Positions 31,473 through 40,522 of a stretch of DNA of 64,000 bases are shown in pieces (position 1 is the stretch's first letter; every line of letters starts with the position of its first letter). The notes under the pieces are model-generated. The model was not told where the DNA came from and made no database searches. It saw only the letters and a list, made by a program, of their open reading frames with translations. The stretch comes from an uncultured bacterium (GTDB lineage: Bacteria > Acidobacteriota > HRBIN11 > JAKEFK01), in assembly GCA_963777505.1 (NCBI GenBank), contig CAVZQN010000004.1, forward strand, positions 1 through 64,000, written 5' to 3'. The translations under genes were made by a program, and so were the position numbers.

Positions 31473-31715
31473 TTGATCAGTCATACTTGGCGGCTCGCGA
31501 AGATTCATTGCCAAGACCTATCGGCCCTTGCAAAGATTTTACCGCAAGGATGCATAGACGCTGAGTTTTTATTTTATTTGAAGCTTAGCGATTGTAAAAA
31601 ATGAAACTACTCATCTAACCGCCAAGACCAAGCGCGCCAAGATAGGGAAAAGAATTCTCGTTTTTTCTTTGTTGGACGGCCAAGGATCGACTGAACTGCC
31701 TGAAAGTTACTGCCT

Positions 31716-32540
31716 TCAGCACCCGGGTATGAATTTCACTGTTGCGTTATCCAGTGCAACGGTGTCCGTGTTGTCCTGATTCGTGATTTTCAATTTCCAC
31801 TGACCGGGTGAACAACTTCTTGCTTGAAACGTGAGCTTAAACGCGGGCAAATCTGTTCTGGCTTCGTTGCTGGAATACTGCGATACAGCCGACGCAATGA
31901 GTCCATTCGGATCAAGCAACTGGATGTTCAACATAATTGGATTCGGTCCGGGTAAAACAGTGCTGAGTTGGTGATGCCAGTTCGCAGTCATTTCAAATTT
32001 GCCTTGAGCAAGGCCGGCTTGCGTGCCGACATTAATCGTTTTAGATTCGCGCGCGAAAAGTACACCGGTGAACGGAATACTGATGTTCTGCGTTGAAAGG
32101 TCAAAATCCATCCTGATTGTACCGGTGACTGCGAATTGAGGTGTCACGCCATTCGCCTTGACACGAACGCGCCACGGCAAATCACATCCGCGTGGGCTTC
32201 CAATGCCGGGACTCAGGATTGTTTTCGTTTGTTCGGTCGTTGTGGCGTTAACGTTTTCGGCCTTCACCAGCGGTCCTTCCTGATTGGATGCCGTATCCGG
32301 CTCTCTCAATTCTATTGTGATGGGGATATCGTTTGTTGAACCTGCAGGACCCAAGCGTTTGAATTTCACCACTGCAGCGACTTGCCGGTTGCACGGAACG
32401 GAAAAAGTTCTGAAAACAGAAATCGACAATCCTGTTCCCGGACCGAATTCAAAAGTTTTAGAGATATTTGCTGCGAAGTTGGTACTCGAAGACGCAAGTA
32501 TAAATATTACTAGACCAAACACTATTAGAAACCTTTTCAT
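31716..32540 (-). CDS. Secreted hypothetical protein with probable tandem beta-sandwich domains
   Basis: GAGGAGGG RBS; signal MKRFLIVFGLVIFILASS; PWRVRV and GQWKLKITN repeats; four Cys, ends in PGC. Confidence 0.7.
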   Translation of the reverse strand: MKRFLIVFGLVIFILASSSTNFAANISKTFEFGPGTGLSISVFRTFSVPCNRQVAAVVKFKRLGPAGSTNDIPITIELREPDTASNQEGPLVKAENVNATTTEQTKTILSPGIGSPRGCDLPWRVRVKANGVTPQFAVTGTIRMDFDLSTQNISIPFTGVLFARESKTINVGTQAGLAQGKFEMTANWHHQLSTVLPGPNPIMLNIQLLDPNGLIASAVSQYSSNEARTDLPAFKLTFQARSCSPGQWKLKITNQDNTDTVALDNATVKFIPGC

Positions 32541-32702
32541 GGCTTCCCTCCTCAATCCCATCAACATCTTATTACCATCCCGTTCTCAAACACAATAGGC
32601 TGGAAGCGTCGATCCTTTGAAATAAAGGAGGGTACAAAAATGAATCGACGTCGGAAGTGATCATCGTTCCTGTGTCAGTCGTAGATCGTGGAAAAAAGTC
32701 TA

Positions 32703-32846
32703 TCAAGATGCGTTGGCGTCCCGCAAGACTACAGTCGAATCATCGATGATTTCCACACGACTCGCAATCGGATAAGACTTGAGGAATCTCTTCACTCGAT
32801 TGCAGCTGAGCGGCTCGTCGTCCACAATCAACACTTTGAGATTCAT
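32703..32846 (-). pseudogene. Truncated LytTR receiver fragment (repeat copy 2 at 32721-32848)
   Basis: Encodes MNLKVLIVDDEPLSCNRVKRFLKSYPIASRVEIIDDSTVVLRDANAS then stop. Confidence 0.85.
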
Positions 32847-32896
32847 ACCACAATCATATTTGAGATTTCAGATGTACAATTGCAATTTTGATAAAG

Positions 32897-32985
32897 CGGA
32901 GAGGGTGGGATTCGAACCCACGTACCGCCAACGGCGGTAACCTGATTTCGAGTCAGGCCCGTTACAACCACTTCGGTACCTCTCC
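32897..32985 (-). tRNA. tRNA-Ser(CGA)
   Basis: GGAGAGG acceptor stem, CCTGA-CTCGAAA-TCAGG anticodon arm, long variable arm, GGTTCGAATCC; CCA not encoded. Confidence 0.95.
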
Positions 32986-33188
32986 GGTTTTTAAAAGAAA
33001 GCTAGGTGAATTGCAGATCTAAAGTCGAGTTCGAATTATATAATAAGGATTGTGAATCAAAAGGGATTCTTCAAGCGGTTTTGGCTTGGCTTTCGATGCC
33101 GTATCTTACGCTGGCATGATGTGGATCTGCGACAATTTGGTCCCTGGATGCAAGTTTATTGTACTGATTGCTCCAAGGTCATTCATTC

Positions 33189-34004
33189 CTATATTCCAGG
33201 CACTTGATCCGGCTCTTTGTATTTATACTCGGGTGCTAACAAATCATTAATCTCATGCATATAGTGGGATAACAAAGTTTGTTGAAGCTCTTTTTCGGAA
33301 TGATGTTTGTTTTTTCCCCGAAATTCCTTTTCGAGCTCCGAATGGTTTGTTAGTTTCCCGATGCGTAAACGGATTTTTCCGGAATGGGGAAGTGTTCTTC
33401 CGACAGGCAACAATTCCTCTGGTCCCATCAAAGCAATGGCAACCACGAGCGAGTCTCGGAAGTAAATCGTGGTTCTTGGATTTCCACCTTTTAGGTTAAA
33501 TCGTTTTTCTATCCGTGTTCGCGTTCCTTCGGGAAAAACAAGCAGCGAATATCCTTTTCGTTTGAGACGTGCAGCCCACTTTAATGCGCGTGAATTCATT
33601 TTCTTTTTGATCATGCCTTCAACATTTGCTTTTGGTTGATACACACGAATCGTATTTAAAGAGCGTGTCAAAAATCGACGTGAGAATTCATATGTTTTTT
33701 GTCCCGCAATATGAACAAGGTGGTCCGCCATCTTCTTAAATCCACTACGGATCAACAGAATCTCAATGATATGACTATCCGCGTAAGTGAGATGATTCGA
33801 AATAAATGTGAGTGCATGACCACTCTTTCTGAGAGTATCCAATTCTTTCAGCTGTTCAATGGTTTCAACAGTGCTGTCTTTTGTAATTAATCTGTTTGCA
33901 TACCAGAGCAATAGTTTTCGATTTAAAGGAAGACTTCGGAAAAATACTTGCTTCAGGGAAGGATTTTTTAAACTTTCAAAAAGATTACTTATGCTCTCAA
34001 ACAT
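33189..34004 (-). CDS. Lysophospholipid acyltransferase (PlsC family)
   Basis: NHLTYAD (HX4D) and FPEGTRT motifs. Confidence 0.85.
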   Translation of the reverse strand: MFESISNLFESLKNPSLKQVFFRSLPLNRKLLLWYANRLITKDSTVETIEQLKELDTLRKSGHALTFISNHLTYADSHIIEILLIRSGFKKMADHLVHIAGQKTYEFSRRFLTRSLNTIRVYQPKANVEGMIKKKMNSRALKWAARLKRKGYSLLVFPEGTRTRIEKRFNLKGGNPRTTIYFRDSLVVAIALMGPEELLPVGRTLPHSGKIRLRIGKLTNHSELEKEFRGKNKHHSEKELQQTLLSHYMHEINDLLAPEYKYKEPDQVPGI

Positions 34005-34054
34005 CAGATCTAATTATAAAGTGAAGCCGGGATGACTTTGTGATTCGTAAATCG

Positions 34055-34083
34055 TTGACACAAAAATCGAATCTTTATATACT
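34055..34083 (+). promoter_or_regulatory. Sigma70-type promoter
   Basis: TTGACA-N17-TATACT. Confidence 0.7.
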
Positions 34084-34138
34084 GCTGAGGTCCTTAAACC
34101 CTTCCATTTCTAATCATCATGTTGAGAGAGGGAGTGTC

Positions 34139-34696
34139 ATGAAAAAAGTCGCTTCTATATTCATTTTGATTTTGCTGGCTTCGGTTGCTTATTCGCAAAC
34201 GCCGGCACCGCCTGCTCCTCCAGCTCAGACTGCTCCGCCTGTGGGGCAAACTGCAGGTCAAACTTTGCCTGAGTTATTAAACTGGATGGTTGGGGAATGG
34301 GAAGGCGAAGGTATGTCTCGCGGTGAAAGGGAATTTATTGGCAAACTATCCGTCATGCCTGAGCTTGACGGGACGGCACTTTTAGTTCGTCGTGAATCCA
34401 CAACAAAGGAAGAGGTTAGCGGTGGACTAAAAGAGTTAATCATTGTTGGGTTTGATGGAACGACGAAAAAAATTGTTGCAACTGTGTATGACAATAAGAA
34501 TAGTATCGGTTTGTATGTTGGTGAGTTGAAAACGAATGAAGTAGTATTTTCTGCCGCCACAGCTCAGCAAGGTTATGTTTCGCGTCGTATCTATAAGTTA
34601 ATGCCGGATGGAGGCCTGTCCTTCATAATTGAAGGTGCAACTCCCGGAAAAGAAGTCAGTAAGGTAGTAGAAATTAATTTTAAGAAGAAGTCATAG
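34139..34696 (+). CDS. Secreted hypothetical protein (DUF1579-like beta-barrel)
   Basis: GGGAG RBS; signal peptide, Pro-rich linker, LNWMVGEWEGEG. Confidence 0.6.
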   Translation: MKKVASIFILILLASVAYSQTPAPPAPPAQTAPPVGQTAGQTLPELLNWMVGEWEGEGMSRGEREFIGKLSVMPELDGTALLVRRESTTKEEVSGGLKELIIVGFDGTTKKIVATVYDNKNSIGLYVGELKTNEVVFSAATAQQGYVSRRIYKLMPDGGLSFIIEGATPGKEVSKVVEINFKKKS

Positions 34697-34810
34697 TTTT
34701 GATATTGAGGCGGATGCTGTAACAGTGCAGTAATTCGTCCTAAGCTTGCAGGGTAAAGCGCTGATTCCGCTGCGGTTTTTTGCGGGTCCGCAGCAGGGAA
34801 AGGAAAGATG

Positions 34811-34899
34811 GGAGAGATGTCCGAGTGGCTGAAGGAGCACGCTTGGAAAGCGTGTATCCGTGGTAACGCGGATCGAGGGTTCGAATCCCTCTCTCTCCG
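34811..34899 (+). tRNA. tRNA-Ser(GGA)
   Basis: GGAGAGA acceptor stem, CACGC-TTGGAAA-GCGTG anticodon arm, long variable arm, GGTTCGAATCC. Confidence 0.95.
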
Positions 34900-35002
34900 C
34901 TCCTCCTCGCTAAGTCAACCGCGCTATTTCGATCAATTTCCTTCCTTCCAAAATGATTCTACCAGGGCAGGAATCGGAGCATTCAACGGGGGACAGAGGT
35001 TT

Positions 35003-35377
35003 ATGAACATACTTCTGGTTGATGATAAAAAAGACATTCTTGATACGATGGGCGAGATTTTAGAAATTTGCCATAACCACAACGTTCAAGGTGCCACTTC
35101 TGGAAAAGAAGCCTTACGATTTGTACGGCGCAAAAAATATGATCTAGTGGTTATGGATTTAGCTCTTCCACTGATGAATGGTCTCGTGATTATTTCAAAA
35201 ATGCGTAAGATGCATCCGCGGCTGAACATTGTTGTATTAACTGGAATTGTTTGCAATGAACAGCTCAAAGATCAAATAAGAAAATTAAATGTGACTCAAA
35301 TTTTCGTAAAACCACGCGGAATTCACGAGCTATTGCATTACATTAAGCAGCTTGAAAAGAAAACGAAGGCAGTATAA
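35003..35377 (+). CDS. Single-domain response regulator (receiver)
   Basis: MNILLVDD, VMDLALP, VLTG, KP; GAGG RBS. Confidence 0.88.
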   Translation: MNILLVDDKKDILDTMGEILEICHNHNVQGATSGKEALRFVRRKKYDLVVMDLALPLMNGLVIISKMRKMHPRLNIVVLTGIVCNEQLKDQIRKLNVTQIFVKPRGIHELLHYIKQLEKKTKAV

Positions 35378-35380
35378 GGG

Positions 35381-36787
35381 CTAGCGTAAGAAAGTAACAG
35401 TTCGCTTACCGTAATCGATCAACATTGTGTATCCTTCCAGGATATCTCTACCTAATATTCCGCCGATTTCCAGTTCCATTGATTCGCTGCCTTCAGCAAA
35501 ATTGACAACAGAAATGAGGTTGAATTCCTTTCTTAATGGTCCTGCCTCAATAGATACATTTTCAGCAACTAAAACTTCTTCCATACGGCCGCCTACTCCG
35601 GTCAATGGAGTGGATTGTTTCATTGAATGACTCAGCGGATAGTTGATGCGTGCATATTTTTTTGCCGCTAATGCTGAAATGATTGTTCTGTGTCCCCCTG
35701 TATCTAAAATAAAATCGAGTGCCGGCGAATTTCTGATTTTGCATTTGAGCATGATCATCTTTCCCACTAAGAGGAATGGGACTTCAGTTTTTTCGCGGAA
35801 ATTTCTTGCATCTATATACTTGGAAAAATCAGATTGTGCATTGAATAAGGTAAATTTCTGTCCTGATTTCATTGGAACCAACATGGTATTACCTGAGGAA
35901 AAAAATGCAGTTCCTACAATTCCATCTGGATCCATATTTTCGCTAATCGATGCAACAGGATTTTTTACATTGAATTCTCCTGTATTAAATTCAGTTAATA
36001 CAACCTTAGTGCCTTTCGTCACAGGTTTTTTGCCGATTCCAAATATAAGTAACTCGGTCTGAATCTGAGGATTCCATTTTTTGCTTTTAAGAGTTAGAGC
36101 CCCTGCACCAGTATCAACAAGCAATGAAATTTTCTTGTCGCCATCGATTTTGGCTTTTACAAAAAGTTTGCCATCCTGGAGTTTGGAGTCCAGCTCTTCG
36201 AAATCCTCTAATTTTGTTGCAATGTTCAATTCCATTCCTCGCGTACGATTCATGAACTCTATGGCATATTCCACTGACTGCTTTTTGTATGGATCTTCTT
36301 TTACGAGTTCCAAAAATTTAAGAAAGTGGCCGGTCGATTCATCGGTGCTTCGGGAGAGGTTTCCCGCGAAGTAATAAGGTTCTGGACGCTCTGGTGCGAG
36401 TTCTAGAGCTTCGAGGGCATGTTGTCTTGCAGCATAGGCCTCATTTTGCCAGACGGAAATTGTTGCTTTTCCCAGCAAAGACAGCCAATCCTTTTGAAAA
36501 ACTTTTGCCGCTCCTTCAATATCTCCGGTTTTCAATAAAGCGAATCCACGAGCTCCGGCAGTTGATTCGTATTTACAGTCGTTAATATTTCCATGATGAT
36601 GAATTCTTTCTTCCCAGATTGATCGGATTACAGGATCTGAGAATGCATCCGAAAGCTGTGTGTGGGCTTTTGGGAAATCACCAGCGTAGTAGGTATAAAC
36701 GAATCGTGCGCGCAACTCGTCAGTGCCACTCCAAACGAGGCTCGCTAAAAGCAAAAAAATGAACAGGACTTTTCGCACGGATTTCAT
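35381..36787 (-). CDS. Secreted TPR + tandem retropepsin-like aspartyl protease
   Basis: LLVDTGA...DGIVG and FILDTGG...GGILGRD. Confidence 0.8.
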   Translation of the reverse strand: MKSVRKVLFIFLLLASLVWSGTDELRARFVYTYYAGDFPKAHTQLSDAFSDPVIRSIWEERIHHHGNINDCKYESTAGARGFALLKTGDIEGAAKVFQKDWLSLLGKATISVWQNEAYAARQHALEALELAPERPEPYYFAGNLSRSTDESTGHFLKFLELVKEDPYKKQSVEYAIEFMNRTRGMELNIATKLEDFEELDSKLQDGKLFVKAKIDGDKKISLLVDTGAGALTLKSKKWNPQIQTELLIFGIGKKPVTKGTKVVLTEFNTGEFNVKNPVASISENMDPDGIVGTAFFSSGNTMLVPMKSGQKFTLFNAQSDFSKYIDARNFREKTEVPFLLVGKMIMLKCKIRNSPALDFILDTGGHRTIISALAAKKYARINYPLSHSMKQSTPLTGVGGRMEEVLVAENVSIEAGPLRKEFNLISVVNFAEGSESMELEIGGILGRDILEGYTMLIDYGKRTVTFLR

Positions 36788-36790
36788 TAT

Positions 36791-36875
36791 AATCAAAATC
36801 AAATATCAAAAATAAAAAATCAAAAACATCTGAATTCGAGCTTAATTTTTGATTTTTGGTCTTTTATTTTTTATC
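36791..36875. repeat. Heptamer (ATCAAAA-like) tandem array with inverted counterpart
   Basis: AATCAAA ATCAAAT ATCAAAA ATAAAAA ATCAAAA ... TTTTGAT TTTTGGT; a related run lies at 42481-42510. Confidence 0.65.
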
Positions 36876-36886
36876 TTGAAAAGTTT

Positions 36887-37151
36887 GGTCGTGCTAAGCG
36901 GGGAGCCAGCGGTGCCCTGTACCTGCAATCCGCTATAGCAGGGCTGAATTCCCGACTGAGGAACCAGACAAGAAAGATCTGGTTGCTATGGATTCCGGAG
37001 AAGCTGGGACCAATGCAATGCAGATCTATGAACCCCGTCAGATCCGGAAGGAAGCAGCGGTAAATAGACACCTGCATGTGCCGTTGGCAAACCTGGGTTC
37101 TTCTCCTTGGTAATCTCCTTTTTTGCCGGTTTCGATGAAGGGTGCACGACC
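36887..37151 (+). ncRNA. ffs: Large bacterial SRP RNA with Alu domain
   Basis: 5' GTGCTAAGCGGGGAG..AGCGGTGCCCTGTACCTGCAATCCGCT.TAGCAGGG as in Bacillus scRNA; helix 8 TCAG.TCCGGAAGGAAGCAGC; ends GGTCGTGC/GCACGACC pair; upstream of dnaX. Confidence 0.93.
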
Positions 37152-37160
37152 TTATACTTA

Positions 37161-37254
37161 AGAGAATAGAGAATAGAGAATAGAGAATAGAGAATAGAGA
37201 ATAGAAGATAGAAGATAGAGAGCTTCTATCCTCAATCCTCTATCTTCTATTCTC
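37161..37254. repeat. (AGAGAAT)6 heptamer tandem repeat plus degenerate inverted arm
   Basis: Six AGAGAAT, two AGAAGAT, then CTTCTATCCTCAATCCTCTATCTTCTATTCTC. Confidence 0.85.
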
Positions 37255-37282
37255 AAAATATTGAAGCTAGGTTCCAATTAGC

Positions 37283-38908
37283 ATGTACACAGTTCTAGCA
37301 CGTAAATGGCGACCGCAAACTTTCGACGACCTTGTTGGTCAACAAACGGTCACCCGAACACTTGAGAATGCGATCAAAGAAGGACGGATTCATCATGCAT
37401 TTTTGTTTTCAGGTCCGCGTGGTGTTGGAAAAACGACCTGTGCAAGAGTCCTTGCAAAAGCATTAAATTGCCATTCAGCAGAAACCCCAGTAATACGTCC
37501 GTGTGGTGTTTGTCCATCCTGTATGGATATTGCGGCTTCACGTTCGATGGATGTTTTGGAAATCGATGGTGCTTCCAATCGTGGGATTGATGAAGTACGT
37601 GAACTGCGCGATTCTGCAAAGTATCAAGCCATTCGCGATCGCTATCGCATTTTTATCATTGATGAAGTTCATATGCTTACGACAGAAGCATTTAACGCTT
37701 TGCTCAAAATTCTTGAAGAACCTCCACCACATGTCTTTTTCATATTCGCTACAACAGAAAAACATAAAGTTCCTGCCACAATCGCATCGCGTGTTCAGGT
37801 ATTCGATTTCAAGCGCATTACAGACACTGTGCTTGTTCAACGTTTGTCTCACATAACAAAAGAAGAAGGAATTAAGATTTCCGATCGAAGCCTTGAAATG
37901 ATTGCCTCATCATCTGAGGGCGGATTACGTGATGCGCTTGGATTACTGGATCAAGTCGTTGCATTCAGCGGAACGAAAGTTAAAGATGATGAAGTTGTAT
38001 CAGTTCTCGGCCTTGTTGAATTCGATGCGATGATTGAGCTGGGCCAGGCTATTTCAAAAGGAGATTCCGCAGCAGTACTCGCATTGCTTGAAAGAATTGC
38101 CGAATATGGAATCGACTATAAGGAATTCTACAAAGAACTTCTTCATTTCTACAGGGATTTGTTCTTAATCCGATTTTCCGGAGAAAACGGTAAAGAAAGT
38201 CGATCCATTGTAAATCCTGATGAGCGGATGGTAACTCTTGCGTCAACGTATGATGAAATTCATTTATTGCGGATTTGTCATCAGCTAGTATCGGTTCAGA
38301 ATTTTCTCAGAATGTCTGGCAATTTAAGGTTCTTGTTTGAAGTAACACTCGTAAAACTATGTCAGATTCAGCGGTTGGTGCCGTTGGAAGAATTGGCGGA
38401 TGTTTTAAAAAAAAACAGTAGCTCTGTGACGCCGGCTCCGAAGGTCCGTGCAACCCCCAGTGCAGCTTCAGCGGCGCCACCTTTAGCACGAAGCGTTGTT
38501 CAGCCGAAAGAAGTCGCAACTTCTGCATCTCCTGCGATGGCAGACGATTTCTTTGCAATCTTTATCAGTGAGTTGGAACAACAAAACCCGCGGCTTGCTG
38601 CAGCACTTGAAGACGCAAGATTTATCCGTTCGGATTCAAAAATTACGTTTTATGTTCCCGATTCTTTTTTCGTAATGGTTAAAGTTGATACAAAAGTTTA
38701 CAGCGATCTGCAGACTTTGCTCGAAAAGAAATTAGGTGGCAGCCTGCAAGTAGAAATTGTGAAAGGAGAGCCGGGTAAGGATCAGGAAGCGATGCGAGTT
38801 GCTACACCTGAAACACTTGTTGAAAATGATCCTGTTGTTAAGGAATTTGTAAAAGCATTCAAAGGAAAAATCAGCAAAATTGAATTAAATAAGGAGCGGT
38901 TTTCATGA
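37283..38908 (+). CDS. dnaX: DNA polymerase III subunits gamma/tau
   Basis: LARKWRPQTF, GPRGVGKT, EIDGASNRG, IIDEVHML. Confidence 0.97.
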   Translation: MYTVLARKWRPQTFDDLVGQQTVTRTLENAIKEGRIHHAFLFSGPRGVGKTTCARVLAKALNCHSAETPVIRPCGVCPSCMDIAASRSMDVLEIDGASNRGIDEVRELRDSAKYQAIRDRYRIFIIDEVHMLTTEAFNALLKILEEPPPHVFFIFATTEKHKVPATIASRVQVFDFKRITDTVLVQRLSHITKEEGIKISDRSLEMIASSSEGGLRDALGLLDQVVAFSGTKVKDDEVVSVLGLVEFDAMIELGQAISKGDSAAVLALLERIAEYGIDYKEFYKELLHFYRDLFLIRFSGENGKESRSIVNPDERMVTLASTYDEIHLLRICHQLVSVQNFLRMSGNLRFLFEVTLVKLCQIQRLVPLEELADVLKKNSSSVTPAPKVRATPSAASAAPPLARSVVQPKEVATSASPAMADDFFAIFISELEQQNPRLAAALEDARFIRSDSKITFYVPDSFFVMVKVDTKVYSDLQTLLEKKLGGSLQVEIVKGEPGKDQEAMRVATPETLVENDPVVKEFVKAFKGKISKIELNKERFS

Positions 38909-39219
38909 AAATGAATATGAATAAGCTTATGCAGCAAGTTCAGGAGACGCAGAAAAAGCTTCAGGACGAATTAGCTGCAATGCGTGTGACCGCAAGTTCA
39001 GGCGGCGGTATGGTTGAAGTAACCCTGGATGGATCCAAACAAATGATTTCGATAAAAATTGATCCTCAGGCTGTTAACGCAGAAGACGTTGAAATGCTGC
39101 AGGATTTAATTGTTGCAGCATACAATGAAGCTTTTCGCCGAGCCGATGAACAAGCAGCCGAAAAGATGGGTGCTATGACCGGCAATCTAAAGATTCCCGG
39201 ATTAGGGAATATGTTCTAG
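38905..39219 (+). CDS. ybaB: YbaB/EbfC nucleoid-associated protein
   Basis: SSGGGMVEV, EMLQDLIVAA; dnaX-ybaB-recR synteny. Confidence 0.95.
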   Translation: MKMNMNKLMQQVQETQKKLQDELAAMRVTASSGGGMVEVTLDGSKQMISIKIDPQAVNAEDVEMLQDLIVAAYNEAFRRADEQAAEKMGAMTGNLKIPGLGNMF

Positions 39220-39242
39220 CTTCTTAACTGAAAGTCACAAAG

Positions 39243-39857
39243 ATGAATTATCCGCTGCAATATTATCCTGCCCCATTGGCACGACTTCTTGAAGAGTTGA
39301 TGAAGCTTCCGGGCATCGGGATTAAATCGGCGCAACGAATCGCATTTCATTTCTTGAAGATGCCAGTGGAAGATCAAAAAGCACTTGCTGAAGCCATTGG
39401 CGCATTAAGAGATCAAATTCGTTATTGTTCAATTTGCTGGAATTTCACAGATACTGATCCTTGCAAAATTTGCCTTGATCCAAAACGCGAAGATGATGTC
39501 ATTTGCGTTGTCGAAGAACCAACCACATTAATTGCGATCGAAAAAACTCGTGAATTCCGCGGAAAATATCACGTTCTTTTAGGATCGTTAAATCCTCTTC
39601 AAGGGATCGGACCATCTGAGATTAAGATCAAAGAACTTGTCGAACGCGTTGAACTTCTACACCCCAGAGAAGTGATTCTAGCCACAAATCCAACTGTTGA
39701 AGGCGAGGCTACATCTGTCTACATTGCGAAGTTGATTCAAAATATGACTGACAAATTGACCCGGATCGCTTTAGGGGTTCCTGTTGGTGGGGATCTGGAT
39801 TATGTAGACGAAGTCACGATGGCTCGCGCTTTCGTAGGTCGCCATTCTGCACGTTAG
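39243..39857 (+). CDS. recR: Recombination protein RecR
   Basis: LPGIG.KSAQR, C4 zinc finger, ATNPTVEGEAT. Confidence 0.97.
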   Translation: MNYPLQYYPAPLARLLEELMKLPGIGIKSAQRIAFHFLKMPVEDQKALAEAIGALRDQIRYCSICWNFTDTDPCKICLDPKREDDVICVVEEPTTLIAIEKTREFRGKYHVLLGSLNPLQGIGPSEIKIKELVERVELLHPREVILATNPTVEGEATSVYIAKLIQNMTDKLTRIALGVPVGGDLDYVDEVTMARAFVGRHSAR

Positions 39858-39918
39858 TTAAACCGCAAAGACACCAAGATTTAAGAGCATAGAACGACGT
39901 TCAATCGCCTCCAATTTC

Positions 39919-39947
39919 TTGTCAATAAAGGGGGATTATGGTATTGT
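39919..39947 (+). promoter_or_regulatory. Sigma70-type promoter for mglBA
   Basis: TTGTCA-N17-TATTGT with TG extended -10. Confidence 0.55.
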
Positions 39948-39993
39948 TCAGAGACTTACAGACAGCGAAACGACAGTGAAATAAGAGGGACAA

Positions 39994-40494
39994 ATGGCTG
40001 GAACAGACATGATTATGTATGAAGAAGAGTTCCAGCTGATCCGCGTCGTTTTAAACAAATTAAAAGAAGATGCAAACGCCAAAATGGTGTTTCTTGTTGA
40101 CAAAAATGGTCAACAGATTGCCTATAACGGGGACATAAGCAATCTTGATACAACTTCATTAGCTTCATTGACTGCAGGCAATGTGGCTGCCACTGACGGA
40201 CTCGCAAGACTGATAGGAGAGAAGGAATTTTCTGTACTATTTCATGAAGGGGAAAGGGATAATATCCACATTTCTATCGTCGGTAAACGGGTCATCCTGG
40301 TAGTCATTTTTGATGAACGCTCCTCATTGGGGTTAGTTCGATTGAGAGTCAGGAAAGCTTCGACGGAATTGGAAAACGTATTCAACAGGATTCTTGAAAA
40401 AGTCGAACGAGAAAAGGAGGCTGGTGCTGCAGGTTTTGAATCCCCGTTTGCTGAAATTACTGACGAAGATATCGATAGTTTATTTAGCGAATAG
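39994..40494 (+). CDS. mglB: MglB roadblock/LC7 GTPase-activating protein
   Basis: FLVDKNGQ, SLASLTAGNVAA, SLGLVRLRV, ITDEDID tail. Confidence 0.93.
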   Translation: MAGTDMIMYEEEFQLIRVVLNKLKEDANAKMVFLVDKNGQQIAYNGDISNLDTTSLASLTAGNVAATDGLARLIGEKEFSVLFHEGERDNIHISIVGKRVILVVIFDERSSLGLVRLRVRKASTELENVFNRILEKVEREKEAGAAGFESPFAEITDEDIDSLFSE

Positions 40495-40522
40495 CTCTGA
40501 GCACCCTTTTTGACGATCGAGC

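Noticed and set aside
23240-32896. Integrase-driven island or prophage with attL/attR at tRNA-Ser
   Set aside because: No integrase, phage or transposase gene, and I found no duplicated tRNA 3' end at the left boundary
34808-35002. N-terminal extension of the 189-aa ORF (MGEMSEWLKEHAWKAC...)
   Set aside because: It is the translated tRNA-Ser(GGA); the receiver protein starts at 35003
36871-37077. 68-aa minus-strand ORF
   Set aside because: Antisense shadow of the SRP RNA
37161-37220. Possible CRISPR array
   Set aside because: Contiguous 7-mers with no spacers and no cas genes; no CRISPR array seen anywhere in the window
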